A DNA stretch of 64,000 nt from Cyanophyceae cyanobacterium (GTDB lineage: Bacteria > Cyanobacteriota > Cyanobacteriia > Cyanobacteriales > Laspinemataceae). A program made the translations under genes and the position numbers. Where the stretch lies: NCBI GenBank assembly GCA_038321985.1, contig JBBQFN010000002.1:160001-224000 (forward strand), given 5' to 3'. The notes beneath the pieces were generated by a model, which saw only the letters and a program-made list of their open reading frames with translations, was not told the origin of the DNA and did no database searches. Positions 53,463 to 63,751 of this stretch are shown in pieces (position 1 is the stretch's first letter; each line of letters starts with the position of its first letter).

Positions 53463-55448
53463 ATGGTACGCCAAAATGAAGGGTTTGTTGAAAAAAAACA
53501 CGAATCTAAAAGATTAAATCACAGTAGGAGCGCTGTGTTTACCCAATTCTTGCGCCAGATTCAGAAAATAGTACCCGATCTGACGGGGGTAGCGGTGGTC
53601 GGGATGGCGACCCTTTGTAGCACCGGCTTAGTGCTGGGAATCAGGGGACTCGGAGGTTTGCAGCCTTGGGAACTGATGGTTTTTGATCGGATGATCCAGT
53701 GGCGTGCCGACGAACCCCCGGATCCTCGGATCACGGTGGTGACCCTCGGCGAAGAAGATATCCAAGCCCAAAGATGGCCCCTATCTGACCGCACCTTGGC
53801 TCAGGTATTGGAGAACTTGCAACGATATGAACCCGTGGCGATCGGCTTGGACCTGTATCGGGATCTGCCCCAACCCCCCGGTCATCCCGAACTGCTCAAG
53901 CAATTAGAAGCCCCCAATGTCATTGCGATTAGAAACGATTCCCCAGGGGTAAACCCACCCCCCAGCATCCCGGAAGAACGCATCGGCTTTAATGACTTAG
54001 TAAGCGATCCCGATAGCCCCATTCGCCGAAATTTAATGAGCTTCGTGCTGAATGAGAAAACTAATTTTTCTTTTTCCCTACAACTGGCGAAGCTTTATTT
54101 AGGGGAGAAAGGGTTTTTTCCAAAACCGAGTGAAACCCAAGCGGGCCAAATCCTTTGGGGAAAAGCAGTATTAGAGCCGTTGCAGTCCAATTCCGGGGGT
54201 TATACTCACTTGGATGCTCAAGGCTTCCAGATCTTACTGAATTATCGGTCTCGGAGGGAAGTGGCCCAGACCATTTCCCTCTCTGACGTCCTCGCCGATC
54301 GCATGGAGCCCGAATGGATTAAGAATAAAATTATCGTCGTTGGAACCACCGCCCCGAGCATCAAAGATGTTCACTATACCCCCTATAGTTCGCGAGAGAA
54401 CAATCCATTTATGCCTGGGGTCTTGGTTCATACTCAAATGCTCAGTCAGTTGATCAGCGCCGTCTTAGACGGACGGCCTTTGTTTTGGGTTTGGCCGGAA
54501 TGGGCAGAAGTGATCTGGCTTTTAGGCTGGGTTATGGTCGGAGGGGCTACCGCTTGGTTAATTCGTCATCCGTTAATTTTGCCCCTGGTCACTGGGGCCT
54601 GTGGGGGAAGTTTATTTATAACGAGTTGGATTCTGTTTACCCAAGCGGGTTGGGTACCCGTCGTGACGCCCCTGCTGGGCTTGGCAATCGCCGCAGGGGG
54701 TGTGGTGGCCTTTCGGGCTTATCAGTCGGGACAGCAACAACAAATCGTCATGAAACTCTTAGGACAAAACACCTCCCCAGAAATTGCCAATGCTCTTTGG
54801 GAAAACCGCGATCGCCTCCTCAAAGATGGCAAACTTCCCGGTCAAAAACTGACCGCAACCATGCTATTTACGGACCTCAAGGACTTCAGCACCATCTCAG
54901 AACAAATGCCCCCTGAAGCCCTGTTAGAGTGGTTAAACGAATATTTGGACGTTCTGAGCCAAGTGGTGCAAGAACATCAAGGCATTATTAACAAGTTTAC
55001 CGGCGATGGCATTATGGCAGCGTTTGGGGTTCCCCTCCCTCGTCAGTCCAGTGCAGATATCGCCCGCGATGCCCGCAACGCCGTCGCTTCGGGACTGGCA
55101 ATGGCCGATCGCCTTCAAGAACTCAACCGAAACTGGCAAAAACGCGGCTTACCCGTGATTCAGATGCGGGTCGGAATTTTTACCGGGGCCGTGGTTGCCG
55201 GGAGCTTAGGAGGGAAGGAACGGCAAGAATACGGCATTATCGGCGATAGCGTTAACATCGCCTCTCGCTTAGAAAGCTGTGAGAAAGACCGGCAATCTAG
55301 TATTTGTCGTGTGCTGATCGCCCACGAAACTCTCATCCATATCCAAGACGAGTTTTTTGTGGAACACTGGGGACCCCTGTCTCTCAAAGGTAAGCAGCAA
55401 ACCGTTGATGTCTACCGCGTGGTTGCTCGTCGCAACCCGACGCCCTAG
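53463..55448 (+). CDS. CHASE2-domain class III adenylate/guanylate cyclase
   Basis: CHASE2 (WPLSD, IGLDLYRD, MPGV.VH), 3 TMs, FTDLKDFS, KFTGDG, GDSVNIASRLE. Confidence 0.94.
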   Translation: MVRQNEGFVEKKHESKRLNHSRSAVFTQFLRQIQKIVPDLTGVAVVGMATLCSTGLVLGIRGLGGLQPWELMVFDRMIQWRADEPPDPRITVVTLGEEDIQAQRWPLSDRTLAQVLENLQRYEPVAIGLDLYRDLPQPPGHPELLKQLEAPNVIAIRNDSPGVNPPPSIPEERIGFNDLVSDPDSPIRRNLMSFVLNEKTNFSFSLQLAKLYLGEKGFFPKPSETQAGQILWGKAVLEPLQSNSGGYTHLDAQGFQILLNYRSRREVAQTISLSDVLADRMEPEWIKNKIIVVGTTAPSIKDVHYTPYSSRENNPFMPGVLVHTQMLSQLISAVLDGRPLFWVWPEWAEVIWLLGWVMVGGATAWLIRHPLILPLVTGACGGSLFITSWILFTQAGWVPVVTPLLGLAIAAGGVVAFRAYQSGQQQQIVMKLLGQNTSPEIANALWENRDRLLKDGKLPGQKLTATMLFTDLKDFSTISEQMPPEALLEWLNEYLDVLSQVVQEHQGIINKFTGDGIMAAFGVPLPRQSSADIARDARNAVASGLAMADRLQELNRNWQKRGLPVIQMRVGIFTGAVVAGSLGGKERQEYGIIGDSVNIASRLESCEKDRQSSICRVLIAHETLIHIQDEFFVEHWGPLSLKGKQQTVDVYRVVARRNPTP

Positions 55449-55860
55449 ACAGACTCTCTCTAATCGGGCTATCTCTATTCCGGAGAATGGCCCGATTGCC
55501 CGAATAGGAAATAGGGGAGGAACATTCCCTCAAGTAATCAGTCAATACTGATCAGACTTTTTAATACTTTCAAAGGCATCCTCCTATTGGAGAATCCCCC
55601 CGGGACAACGAACCGGAGTAAAGCAGGGGGAGGCAGGGAATGCCGTACCGAGTTAAGGATTGAAATTAGGAAGGCAACCGACTTAAGACAATCAAATTTG
55701 TAAAATGACTAAAAGGGTAGGGCGGATCCAACAGAAGAATTGGCACAAAAAAAAGTGAACGCGATCGAGGGCTATAGAATCAATCAGCAATTTTTTAATG
55801 CATTGATTCCTCAAGAAAGGTTTATAGAAACCTCTTGTGAGCGATCGCGATCGCAGTGCT

Positions 55861-55902
55861 TATGACATAAGTCACAGTCTGTTTAGACAGAACTACTACA
55901 AT
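55861..55902 (+). promoter_or_regulatory. CRP-like box plus -10 element upstream of DUF928 gene
   Basis: TATGA-cataag-TCACA (9/10 match to TGTGA-N6-TCACA), 20 nt, then TACAAT. Confidence 0.5.
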
Positions 55903-55961
55903 TAATTTAGTCATTAGACTCCATCCAATCAATAGATCTGCACAATAAGGGAGAACCGAAT

Positions 55962-56831
55962 ATGATGTTTAAGATAAAATATTGGACTCCACCAATACTG
56001 GCGAGTATTGCAGTGGGTCTACAGGTGTTGACCTGGGGATCCATGCCAGGGACCGCAGCGGAATTTGTTCCTCCCGATAATGTGGGTGCACCGAGAGGGC
56101 GTGTGGGCGGAGGTACTCGCGGTGGGGGGGGTCCTTTCGATCAAGTGGCTCCCGGCGCTCCTGGACGACGGATTGGAGGGGGTAGTCGTGGCTGTAGCGT
56201 AACCGGCGATCGCCCAAACGATCAGGCATTAACGGCATTGGTCCCGGAAACGACAATGGGATTAACCGTAGAAGCCTTTCCGACATTCTTCTGGTATTTG
56301 CCGCCCACTTCAGCTACGGGAGTGGAGTTCGTGCTGATGGATGAAAAGGGCGAAAAAGTCATTTATGAAACTACTTTTCGCACGAAAGGTGAAGCGGGAA
56401 TCGTCAGTTTAAACCTGCCCGAAAATGCTAGCCTCCCCCCATTAGACGTTAATCAAAATTATCGCTGGTACTTTTCTATTATTTGTAACCCCGAAGATCG
56501 GGCGGCGGATGTTTATGTGCAAGGCTGGATTCGCCGCGTAGAAGCAAATCAAGGCTTAACTGAGGAGTTAGCGGCGACCTCATCTGACATCCAACGGGTT
56601 CAAGTTTATGCTCGCAACGGCATTTGGCATGAGGCGATCGCCTTGCTGGCTACCCTGCGCCGCACCAATCCGAATAATGCTGATATCAGAACCGAGTGGC
56701 AAGAACTGATTAATTCAATTCAACTCCAAAACATAGCTGAAGCCCCCCTCGTTCAAGAGGTAACCGTAGAAATTCAGGAGGGTCAACAAAGTCGATCCCC
56801 AGAACCCCCCGCTGAAAGCAGTGCATTTTAA
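55962..56831 (+). CDS. DUF928 family exported protein
   Basis: Signal peptide; GGGTRG/GGGSRG; LTALVP, PTFFWYLP, Y.WYF...C, GWI.RV, YA..GIW. Confidence 0.9.
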   Translation: MMFKIKYWTPPILASIAVGLQVLTWGSMPGTAAEFVPPDNVGAPRGRVGGGTRGGGGPFDQVAPGAPGRRIGGGSRGCSVTGDRPNDQALTALVPETTMGLTVEAFPTFFWYLPPTSATGVEFVLMDEKGEKVIYETTFRTKGEAGIVSLNLPENASLPPLDVNQNYRWYFSIICNPEDRAADVYVQGWIRRVEANQGLTEELAATSSDIQRVQVYARNGIWHEAIALLATLRRTNPNNADIRTEWQELINSIQLQNIAEAPLVQEVTVEIQEGQQSRSPEPPAESSAF

Positions 56832-56939
56832 CGGCAATTTCTAAAGGGGACTGTTGAAGGATGGAACGGGATGATTTAAGAAAGCGGGGATGAAATCCCT
56901 CATCCCCACAATCTCCCCGACCTCCCCAAGTTTTTATAA

Positions 56940-58055
56940 TTAAGGATTAAGCTCGGTCAGAAGGGCTTCTACTTTTTGCAAGGCTTCGGTTTCACCCTGC
57001 TGCTTATAAAGGTCGCGGGCTTTTATAAATTGCTCGATCGCCTCGGAGATGCGATCGCGGCCTTTTAAAGCGAGGCCGAGATTATAATAAGCGTCAGCAT
57101 TATCTGGAGCAAGTTGCGTTAAGCGACGGTAGGCTACAATCGCCTGTAAGTATTCTTGCTGCTGAAGATGAATATCGGCGATCGCCATCTGAGGTTCTAT
57201 TAAATCGGGGGCCAAACTTGCGGCACGTTGATAGGTGCCCAGGGCTTCCGTCATTTGACCCTGGTCCTCGAGAATCTTGGCGATCGCTAACTGAAGCTGG
57301 GCATTTCGGGGCTCCAACTGTGCAGCTTGTGTAAAGGTGTTCAACGCTTCACTCGTCTTTCCCTGGGTCAGAAACGCCACCCCTAAAATCATCTGAACGC
57401 TGCCTTGTCGGGGTGCCAACGCTGCCGCCTGTTCCAGTGCTGTAATCGCCTCATCAATCCGTCCCTGCTGGAGTAGCGCCGTTCCAATCGACTCATAGGC
57501 TTGCCAGTATCTGGTATCGCGACTGGTGACCTGTTGAAATACCTGTAACGCTCCCTCATAGTCCTCTTGGCGCAACAGGACCACCCCTAAGCCAATGTGG
57601 GCATTGAGGTTATCCGGATCCAGTTGCGCTGCTCGTCGGTAGGCAAGGGAGGCGGCGTCATTATTTCCCAAATTTGCCAAGGCATAGCCCAGGGCATATT
57701 GGAAATCTGCATTCTCCGGTTCTAGAGAAGTCGCCTGTTCAAAGGCATTGACAGCGGCTTCAAAGTTTTGCTGAGTAGCTTGTAAAAAGCCAATTCCAGA
57801 AAAAATCCGCGCATTGTCACCATCTAAGTTGGCAGCTTGTAAATAAACTTGGATTGCATTGGTATAGTCTCCTGCATCCACAAATTCTCGCCCTTGTCGC
57901 AATAGTTCATTAATCTCTCGGTTGAGATCTGGGTTGTTCTGTTCCGCCTGTGCTAAAAACAGAGGTTCGGTTGCACCTAGGCTAACCGATGGGGTGATGA
58001 TGCTGATTCCTCCTAAAAACAGGAGACTCACTAACAAAGCGTTCAGTTTTTGCAC
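56940..58055 (-). CDS. Exported TPR-repeat protein
   Basis: Signal peptide followed by ~9 TPRs (A..L.P.NA...Y.LG). Confidence 0.9.
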   Translation of the reverse strand: MQKLNALLVSLLFLGGISIITPSVSLGATEPLFLAQAEQNNPDLNREINELLRQGREFVDAGDYTNAIQVYLQAANLDGDNARIFSGIGFLQATQQNFEAAVNAFEQATSLEPENADFQYALGYALANLGNNDAASLAYRRAAQLDPDNLNAHIGLGVVLLRQEDYEGALQVFQQVTSRDTRYWQAYESIGTALLQQGRIDEAITALEQAAALAPRQGSVQMILGVAFLTQGKTSEALNTFTQAAQLEPRNAQLQLAIAKILEDQGQMTEALGTYQRAASLAPDLIEPQMAIADIHLQQQEYLQAIVAYRRLTQLAPDNADAYYNLGLALKGRDRISEAIEQFIKARDLYKQQGETEALQKVEALLTELNP

Positions 58056-58455
58056 GGCCTAACTTCTCTTGTTTTACGATGATTGCTAGAGATTACAAGA
58101 ATGGTCCTCTGTTACCGGGAACAGAAAAAGCCAAAAAACGCCTTAACGCCCCCAGAGGGAACAGGAGGGTCCCCTATCTCCAGAGCGAATGGAGGGGCCA
58201 GGAGCCGGGTAAATTCTAGGAACTCTGATTCTAACAACAACGGATCTGATTTTAAGCGGGGGTTGTCGAATCCTATTCTAGGGATTTTAACGGCAGAAGC
58301 GGTGGATGAGCGCAATGGACCCAGAAATATTTTTAAAAAGGAATGGGAAACTGATTGCTGGGGACATCGGATCTCCTCCGCAAATGTTTCGTTGCCGGGG
58401 GTCCTAGAGTGGGTATAGAGGGACGCCTCCTCCTAAACTGCAACTGATGACATCC

Positions 58456-60348
58456 TTAACGATTTTGCTCTTCCCGATTTCGCGAAAATCTGCTCTCTTG
58501 GAAGGAACTGCCAATGCCTTGAAGAATGCCTCGACCAATTAAACCAATTCCTTTTCCGAGTTGAATCAGCAAGTAGCGAGCACTATCCCCCACAGAGAGC
58601 AAAACCCCTTTGATACGCGGGGAGATGGCATCGCGGGTTTCTAACAGCAACGTGACCCAAAGTCGCGGTCCTTTTAATCCGACTAATTCTTTTCGCCGTG
58701 GGGAATAAATTTGAATTTTTTTAATCCCTCGGTCTTCAAAAATATAGAGCCAATATCGACTTTCAAAGATGGCGGTAGGTTCAACCCAGAGATTTTGACG
58801 CCGATATTTCCATGATAAATCGTTTCTAAATCGTTCGATTTCTCGGGTGGATAGCCACTGTTTATCCAAAAAATTTAATTTAATTTCTTCTACATCGGCT
58901 ACGTGATTTAATAGCGGTTGGATGACCGCATTGGCAATCTGAATAATAAGGTTTTCTAGTAAGGCAGCAGCGCGATCAAGGGATTTGGGGTCTTCCGGGG
59001 GGTAGGTGACATTTTCAATCGCAAAAGGAATTTGATAGAGGAGATAGGCCAATAAATCTAGAACGAGGGGGATTTTATTTAATAAAGCGCTCTCGACAAT
59101 TTCTATTTCTTCTAGTAAAAAAGGTACAAGGTCAAACTCGCCGAGGGCGGAGGGGTGAGAACTCGTCAATCCGAGGGTAATGGAATAGTATTTACCAAAA
59201 TAGGCGGTGACAGACATTTCCCATAAGTCGCGGACGATGCGATCGCGTTTAGCGGGGAGTTCGGTTGCTTGAACTTGAGCATACCGCAGTTGCGTCAAAA
59301 TTTCTTCAAATTGGTGCAATACTGTGTAGAGCAACTCTTGCTTTTTGTCGAGGTGCAAGATATCAATTTCTAGAACGGTATCGGTGAGATTTGCCAAGGG
59401 GGTATTGATTTTCTGAGCGATCGCCTCTAGGAGTTGCCGAGGCAGGGGAACGGGGCTGAGTTCTGAATCCGTGGGGGGTAACAACTCGGCAGCAGAAGCC
59501 CTCACCACAGGATAGCGATTGCCCGACGGTTGGGGACGATTGGCTCGTTCTAAGGGTCGGGAAATGCCGTTAGGTTCCCGGGAAGAATTGAATTGAGGAG
59601 GGCGATCGCGAGGGGTTTGTGATACAGGCGGTGGCGGTTCGCTCACAGGTGGAGCCAATAACTTGTTCACCATCCAACGAGCGGTGAGCAGTTCTCGGCG
59701 TCGGCCCTCCCAAAACAAGCGGTCAAAGTCCGATAAGCGATCATGTTGCAGATGCATATCGATCTGGCGAATTTCCCCATCAATTTGACGTAAGCCCGAG
59801 CGTCGCACGTCTTCGAGCAGAACTCCAATCACTCCACCCCGCCTAGAAATGCCCGAGCTTTGCCCCGTCGTCGAGACCCGAATATTCCCAACTCTATCCC
59901 AATAGCTTTCCCCCGCTGCCACGGCACAAATCGCCTGAATCAGTTCCGATCCTGCTATGCCTTTGCCGCAGTATCCCTTGACATTACTGAGATACTCAGC
60001 CGCTCCAGGGTTAGGCTGGGCACCTCTACCCAACAACAACACCGGAACTTGAGGGTATCGTTCCCACAGTTCTGCGATGCAGGTTAAACTCGTTCCCCCT
60101 GAGGGATCCGGGCGGCCTAAGTCCAGGTCCAACAGCACCAGATCAACGGGGCGATCGGGGCTGGGTGGTTCGGGGGCCGAGGGGTCAGCCGAAGTTGCCA
60201 GAGTAGAAAGGGTCTCTAACGCACGAGTCCCATCCGTGCTTTGACCCACCACTTGCAGATCGGTTGATTGCTCACACAAGCTTGCCAGACCCAATAAGAA
60301 AATCGGATCCTGATCAATCAATAGCAGTTTAAAAGCGGGGTGACTCAC
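58456..60348 (-). CDS. ycf55: Ycf55-like receiver + DUF3685 protein
   Basis: Receiver LLIDQDP..DLVLLD; GL.QID, GRRREL, STREIERFRN.LSW, LE.RDA.SPR. Confidence 0.85.
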   Translation of the reverse strand: MSHPAFKLLLIDQDPIFLLGLASLCEQSTDLQVVGQSTDGTRALETLSTLATSADPSAPEPPSPDRPVDLVLLDLDLGRPDPSGGTSLTCIAELWERYPQVPVLLLGRGAQPNPGAAEYLSNVKGYCGKGIAGSELIQAICAVAAGESYWDRVGNIRVSTTGQSSGISRRGGVIGVLLEDVRRSGLRQIDGEIRQIDMHLQHDRLSDFDRLFWEGRRRELLTARWMVNKLLAPPVSEPPPPVSQTPRDRPPQFNSSREPNGISRPLERANRPQPSGNRYPVVRASAAELLPPTDSELSPVPLPRQLLEAIAQKINTPLANLTDTVLEIDILHLDKKQELLYTVLHQFEEILTQLRYAQVQATELPAKRDRIVRDLWEMSVTAYFGKYYSITLGLTSSHPSALGEFDLVPFLLEEIEIVESALLNKIPLVLDLLAYLLYQIPFAIENVTYPPEDPKSLDRAAALLENLIIQIANAVIQPLLNHVADVEEIKLNFLDKQWLSTREIERFRNDLSWKYRRQNLWVEPTAIFESRYWLYIFEDRGIKKIQIYSPRRKELVGLKGPRLWVTLLLETRDAISPRIKGVLLSVGDSARYLLIQLGKGIGLIGRGILQGIGSSFQESRFSRNREEQNR

Positions 60349-60489
60349 GGCAAGAATCAGTTAAAGGGCGTGGACAGGGGAGCCAACACGGAATTTTCCA
60401 GATGCCCCGAGTGCGGTCGTGGATTTCTAAATCCCATTGTGACGCACAAACGCTGGATTTTATTCCGCCATGACTCCACAGAGGCAATC

Positions 60490-62877
60490 TTATTCAATCC
60501 CGTCAACTGGCAACGCATCAAACGAGTCTTGAGCACTGGAGGCTGGAGCCGAGTCTTCATAGGCCGGTGCTGGCTCCTCATAGTAGGAAGTGGGTTCTTC
60601 ATAGTAGGGTTCCGGAGCTTGATAGGCCGCTGCGGGTGGTTCATAGTAAGGCTCGGGTTCCTCATAGTAAGGTTCCGGCTCTTGATAAACTGGCGCTGGC
60701 TCCTGGTAAACCGGCTCTTGGTAGTAAGGTTCCGGCTCTTGGTAGACGGGAGCAGGTTCTTGATAGACGGCGGCTGGTTCTTGGTAGACGGGAGCGGGTT
60801 CTTGGTAGACGGGAGCGGGTTCTTGATAGACGGGAGCGGGTTCTTGATAGACGGGAGCGGGAGCTTGATAGGAGGAGGAAGAGGACCGGGCGGCTTCAGC
60901 TTCCCGGGCGGCATAGATGGCATCTAGTTGGGCATTCCAACGAGAGATAGCGGTTCGCGCTTCAGAATACAGGGCACGACCCGAGCCAATTTTAGCGGCA
61001 GTATCGATCGCCTTGCCGAGACTCCCCTGGGCTGCCAAGGTGGCGGCTTGGTCCAGAATCGGTTGGTCTTCAGCGATTTGAATCTCGCTGACCCATTTTC
61101 CGATATTCTGGGATGCTTCTTTGTACAAGGCTCGACTGGAGCCAATTTTTTTGGCTTCGTTGATCGCTTGTTGGAGTTGGCCTGCTTGAGCTAGGGCCTG
61201 GGCGCTCGCTAGGATGGGTTGATCTTCGAGAGTTTGGACCTGTTTGTTCCATTGAGCAATCAGAGTTTGGGCCTCAATCCGCAGGGGGCGTCCCTGGGCT
61301 ACCTGTTGGGCCGAGCCGATCGCATTTTTCAAGGCTGTAATATTACTGGAGTCGGCGATCGCCTTGGCGGCGACGACATAGCCTCGGTCTTCAATCTGTT
61401 CGATTTCCTTACGCCATTGGGCGATCGGGGTTTGGGCGTCGAGACGTCCTGGACGATCCATTCCCACTATCTGGGCTTGGGCGATCGCCAACTGCATTAG
61501 GAGCGGGTGACGGAAACTCGCCACAGAGTTTGCCATCTGAACCTGAAACAGGTCCTCTTTGTGCTGAGTCCAGCGGGCCAGGTTTTCTTGAGCTTGGCTG
61601 TACAGGGGACTGTCTGATTGAATTTGACCGGCAAGGGTAGAGGCTTCTAGGTAAGTAAACAGGCGTTCGGGGATAGGTCCAGCCGGCTTGTCATTGTGAA
61701 CGAGCGACTGTGCTGAACTTAAAGTAATCAAGTCTTGAGTTTCCCCATAAACCGTCGTATCGGAGGGAATCCATTTAGCGGCTGAGATGGCTCCGTTAAA
61801 ATTGCCATTTTTGAAGCGATCTTTGGCGATCGCCAGCAATTCTGAACTCCAACGATTAATCTCCTTATTGGCTTCTTCCCGAACAAGTCGTTGGGGGTTA
61901 ATTTGCCTTGCTAGGTCTATGGCGCGGACTAACTCCTCAGCGCTGCGGGTATAAACCAAATAGCGGGCATCTTCTAACTGTTTCCACGCTTGCTTTTCAG
62001 CGGTAATTCCCTGCTGGAGTTCGGCATAGCGTGTGGAGCGCCAGTAGACGTTATCCAATTTGAGCAAATCTCGCATCTGATCTTCTACTGCGCTCCAGTT
62101 CCTAGCTTTCAGTGCTGCTTGAGCTTGATCGTAAATCGCTTTTCCTTTGTCCCAATCCGCCTCCCAAATTTGTAATTCTTGTTCGACTTGAGCGTACACC
62201 GGATTAGTTTTTGGAATTTTTTCAGCAATGGCATTTGCGCCATTCAAATCCCCGGCTAGAAATTTCTGCCGCGCTAGGTCCAGAATCAGAGCGGACCATT
62301 CTCCTACTAATTTATCCCCCTGACCTCTGAGAGGATGGTCGGAGGGCCAGCTTTCTACCAGTTCTATCCCGGCGACTAGCTGATCGAGTTCCCCGGTTTT
62401 AGCGGCATTTTGAATACAGTAGAGGCGATCGCGATCGGCAGAACCCACAGAGAGTGCATCGCAATCAATCGGGGGGGGCATGGTTAGCAACCACCGCAGG
62501 GACATCGCGCCCAAACTCGTAAAAGCCACCAGTAGACTCAGCCCGAGTAAATGCCATCCCCATAACAGACTGCGACCCTGGTTTTTTTGAGGTCTCGCAG
62601 AATTAGGGACCAGAGCACCCGTCTGGTTGTCGTCCTTATCTTTAAGTTTTTTCTTTTCCGGACGGCGTAATTTCAAGCTCCACCCCTTGCCGACTTTAGG
62701 AGGCTTTTGGGCCAATTCCTCTGCGGTGGGTAAGGTAGCGCCGGTTTTTGATTTATAACGCTGTGAGCCGCCACCCCATAAACGCTCGATGATCGCTGCT
62801 TTGATGCGTCCACCCCGCCGTCTACGAATCCGGTGGTTTGGCTGTGTACTGGATTGGTCAAATTCTTTTCTCACCAT
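60490..62877 (-). CDS. Membrane-anchored alpha-helical repeat protein with C-terminal Tyr/Pro heptad repeats
   Basis: Single TM; PPP.DC...RLYC; helical A..I...W repeats; C-terminal (YQEPAPV)n. Confidence 0.85.
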   Translation of the reverse strand: MVRKEFDQSSTQPNHRIRRRRGGRIKAAIIERLWGGGSQRYKSKTGATLPTAEELAQKPPKVGKGWSLKLRRPEKKKLKDKDDNQTGALVPNSARPQKNQGRSLLWGWHLLGLSLLVAFTSLGAMSLRWLLTMPPPIDCDALSVGSADRDRLYCIQNAAKTGELDQLVAGIELVESWPSDHPLRGQGDKLVGEWSALILDLARQKFLAGDLNGANAIAEKIPKTNPVYAQVEQELQIWEADWDKGKAIYDQAQAALKARNWSAVEDQMRDLLKLDNVYWRSTRYAELQQGITAEKQAWKQLEDARYLVYTRSAEELVRAIDLARQINPQRLVREEANKEINRWSSELLAIAKDRFKNGNFNGAISAAKWIPSDTTVYGETQDLITLSSAQSLVHNDKPAGPIPERLFTYLEASTLAGQIQSDSPLYSQAQENLARWTQHKEDLFQVQMANSVASFRHPLLMQLAIAQAQIVGMDRPGRLDAQTPIAQWRKEIEQIEDRGYVVAAKAIADSSNITALKNAIGSAQQVAQGRPLRIEAQTLIAQWNKQVQTLEDQPILASAQALAQAGQLQQAINEAKKIGSSRALYKEASQNIGKWVSEIQIAEDQPILDQAATLAAQGSLGKAIDTAAKIGSGRALYSEARTAISRWNAQLDAIYAAREAEAARSSSSSYQAPAPVYQEPAPVYQEPAPVYQEPAPVYQEPAAVYQEPAPVYQEPEPYYQEPVYQEPAPVYQEPEPYYEEPEPYYEPPAAAYQAPEPYYEEPTSYYEEPAPAYEDSAPASSAQDSFDALPVDGIE
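60541..60870 (-). repeat. Coding tandem repeat, 16 units, mostly 21 bp
   Basis: Encodes YQEPAPV/YEEPEPY variants; one 15-bp unit. Confidence 0.9.
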
Positions 62878-63751
62878 TGCTTCAGCCTGTCCCTACAATG
62901 CCGACTTGTATTGGCACGTCTTTCCACTTCTTGATTACCCGGTAGAGACGGGAAAATGTTGGGTCTCTCCAGTGTTGTTGCTGACCGATTAAGTCTACTC
63001 TTGATCGTCATACTTGCAAGCAATACCCGCCTTCTAAAGCATAAACAGCAATTGCTCGGTTGGGGATAAACCCAGATTTTACCTGATGGCTTTGATTCGT
63101 GCTAAAAACAGAGTTTTTTAAATACATCCGTCTCAAAAGCTTTTACCGTTTGCCGGATACCCCAGTTTCTGATTGAAACCGTCGCCTATATTAAGTCCCT
63201 ACAATTCAGGTCTTTGGTTATTGCTCGTTATAGGATAAACGATGAATTTAGTTTATAGGGTGTCGTCTTTTTTCATACATCACTTTCCAATCTGGATTTT
63301 CCGGGTCGAGGGGGGCTAAAGTTTCCCGTGAGCCGACTGAGGACCTAGAGCAGTTCCCACACCTCTAATGGAAACCTCTTACCGGCCAAAAATGCCAGAA
63401 ATATTGAACTCCTAGCTTTGATCGTTTCTCAAAGTCTAAAGTCTAAAGGAATTTTGTTCACGGCTCAACCCATTTAAGTTAGAGTTTTTACCCTAGCTGC
63501 CTAAAAGGGAGGGAAAGGAGGCATCGGCGGTGGAGATTTTGGGAAATCAAATCCCCAGACTTATCCCCAGCTGAATTCCTGGGGGGATTGGATTCCCTGG
63601 TTTCCAGAAATTAAACCTACGGCCTAAAGGGACTGAGTAGACTACGGGTGAATCGGCGAGTACCCTGTTTTTAGGGAGTTTTCCTCGAAAGGATGCACGA
63701 ACCCTCAGCAGGGAACCCTCCGGATTCCCCCGAATTGTCTGAGTGTGATGT

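Noticed and set aside
58083..58418. ORFs between the TPR gene and ycf55
   Set aside because: No motifs, non-ATG starts, located in the probable promoter region of the TPR gene
60541..60870. Tandem repeat as a CRISPR array
   Set aside because: Contiguous in-frame units without unique spacers; no cas genes
60340..60950. Long alternative-frame ORFs (60340-60927 +, 60357-60923 -, 60567-60950 +)
   Set aside because: By-products of the stop-free 21-bp coding repeat in 60490-62877
63560..63735. Possible c-di-AMP (ydaO) riboswitch fragments (gctgaat, gggtgaatc)
   Set aside because: On the strand opposite both flanking genes and lacking the remaining conserved blocks
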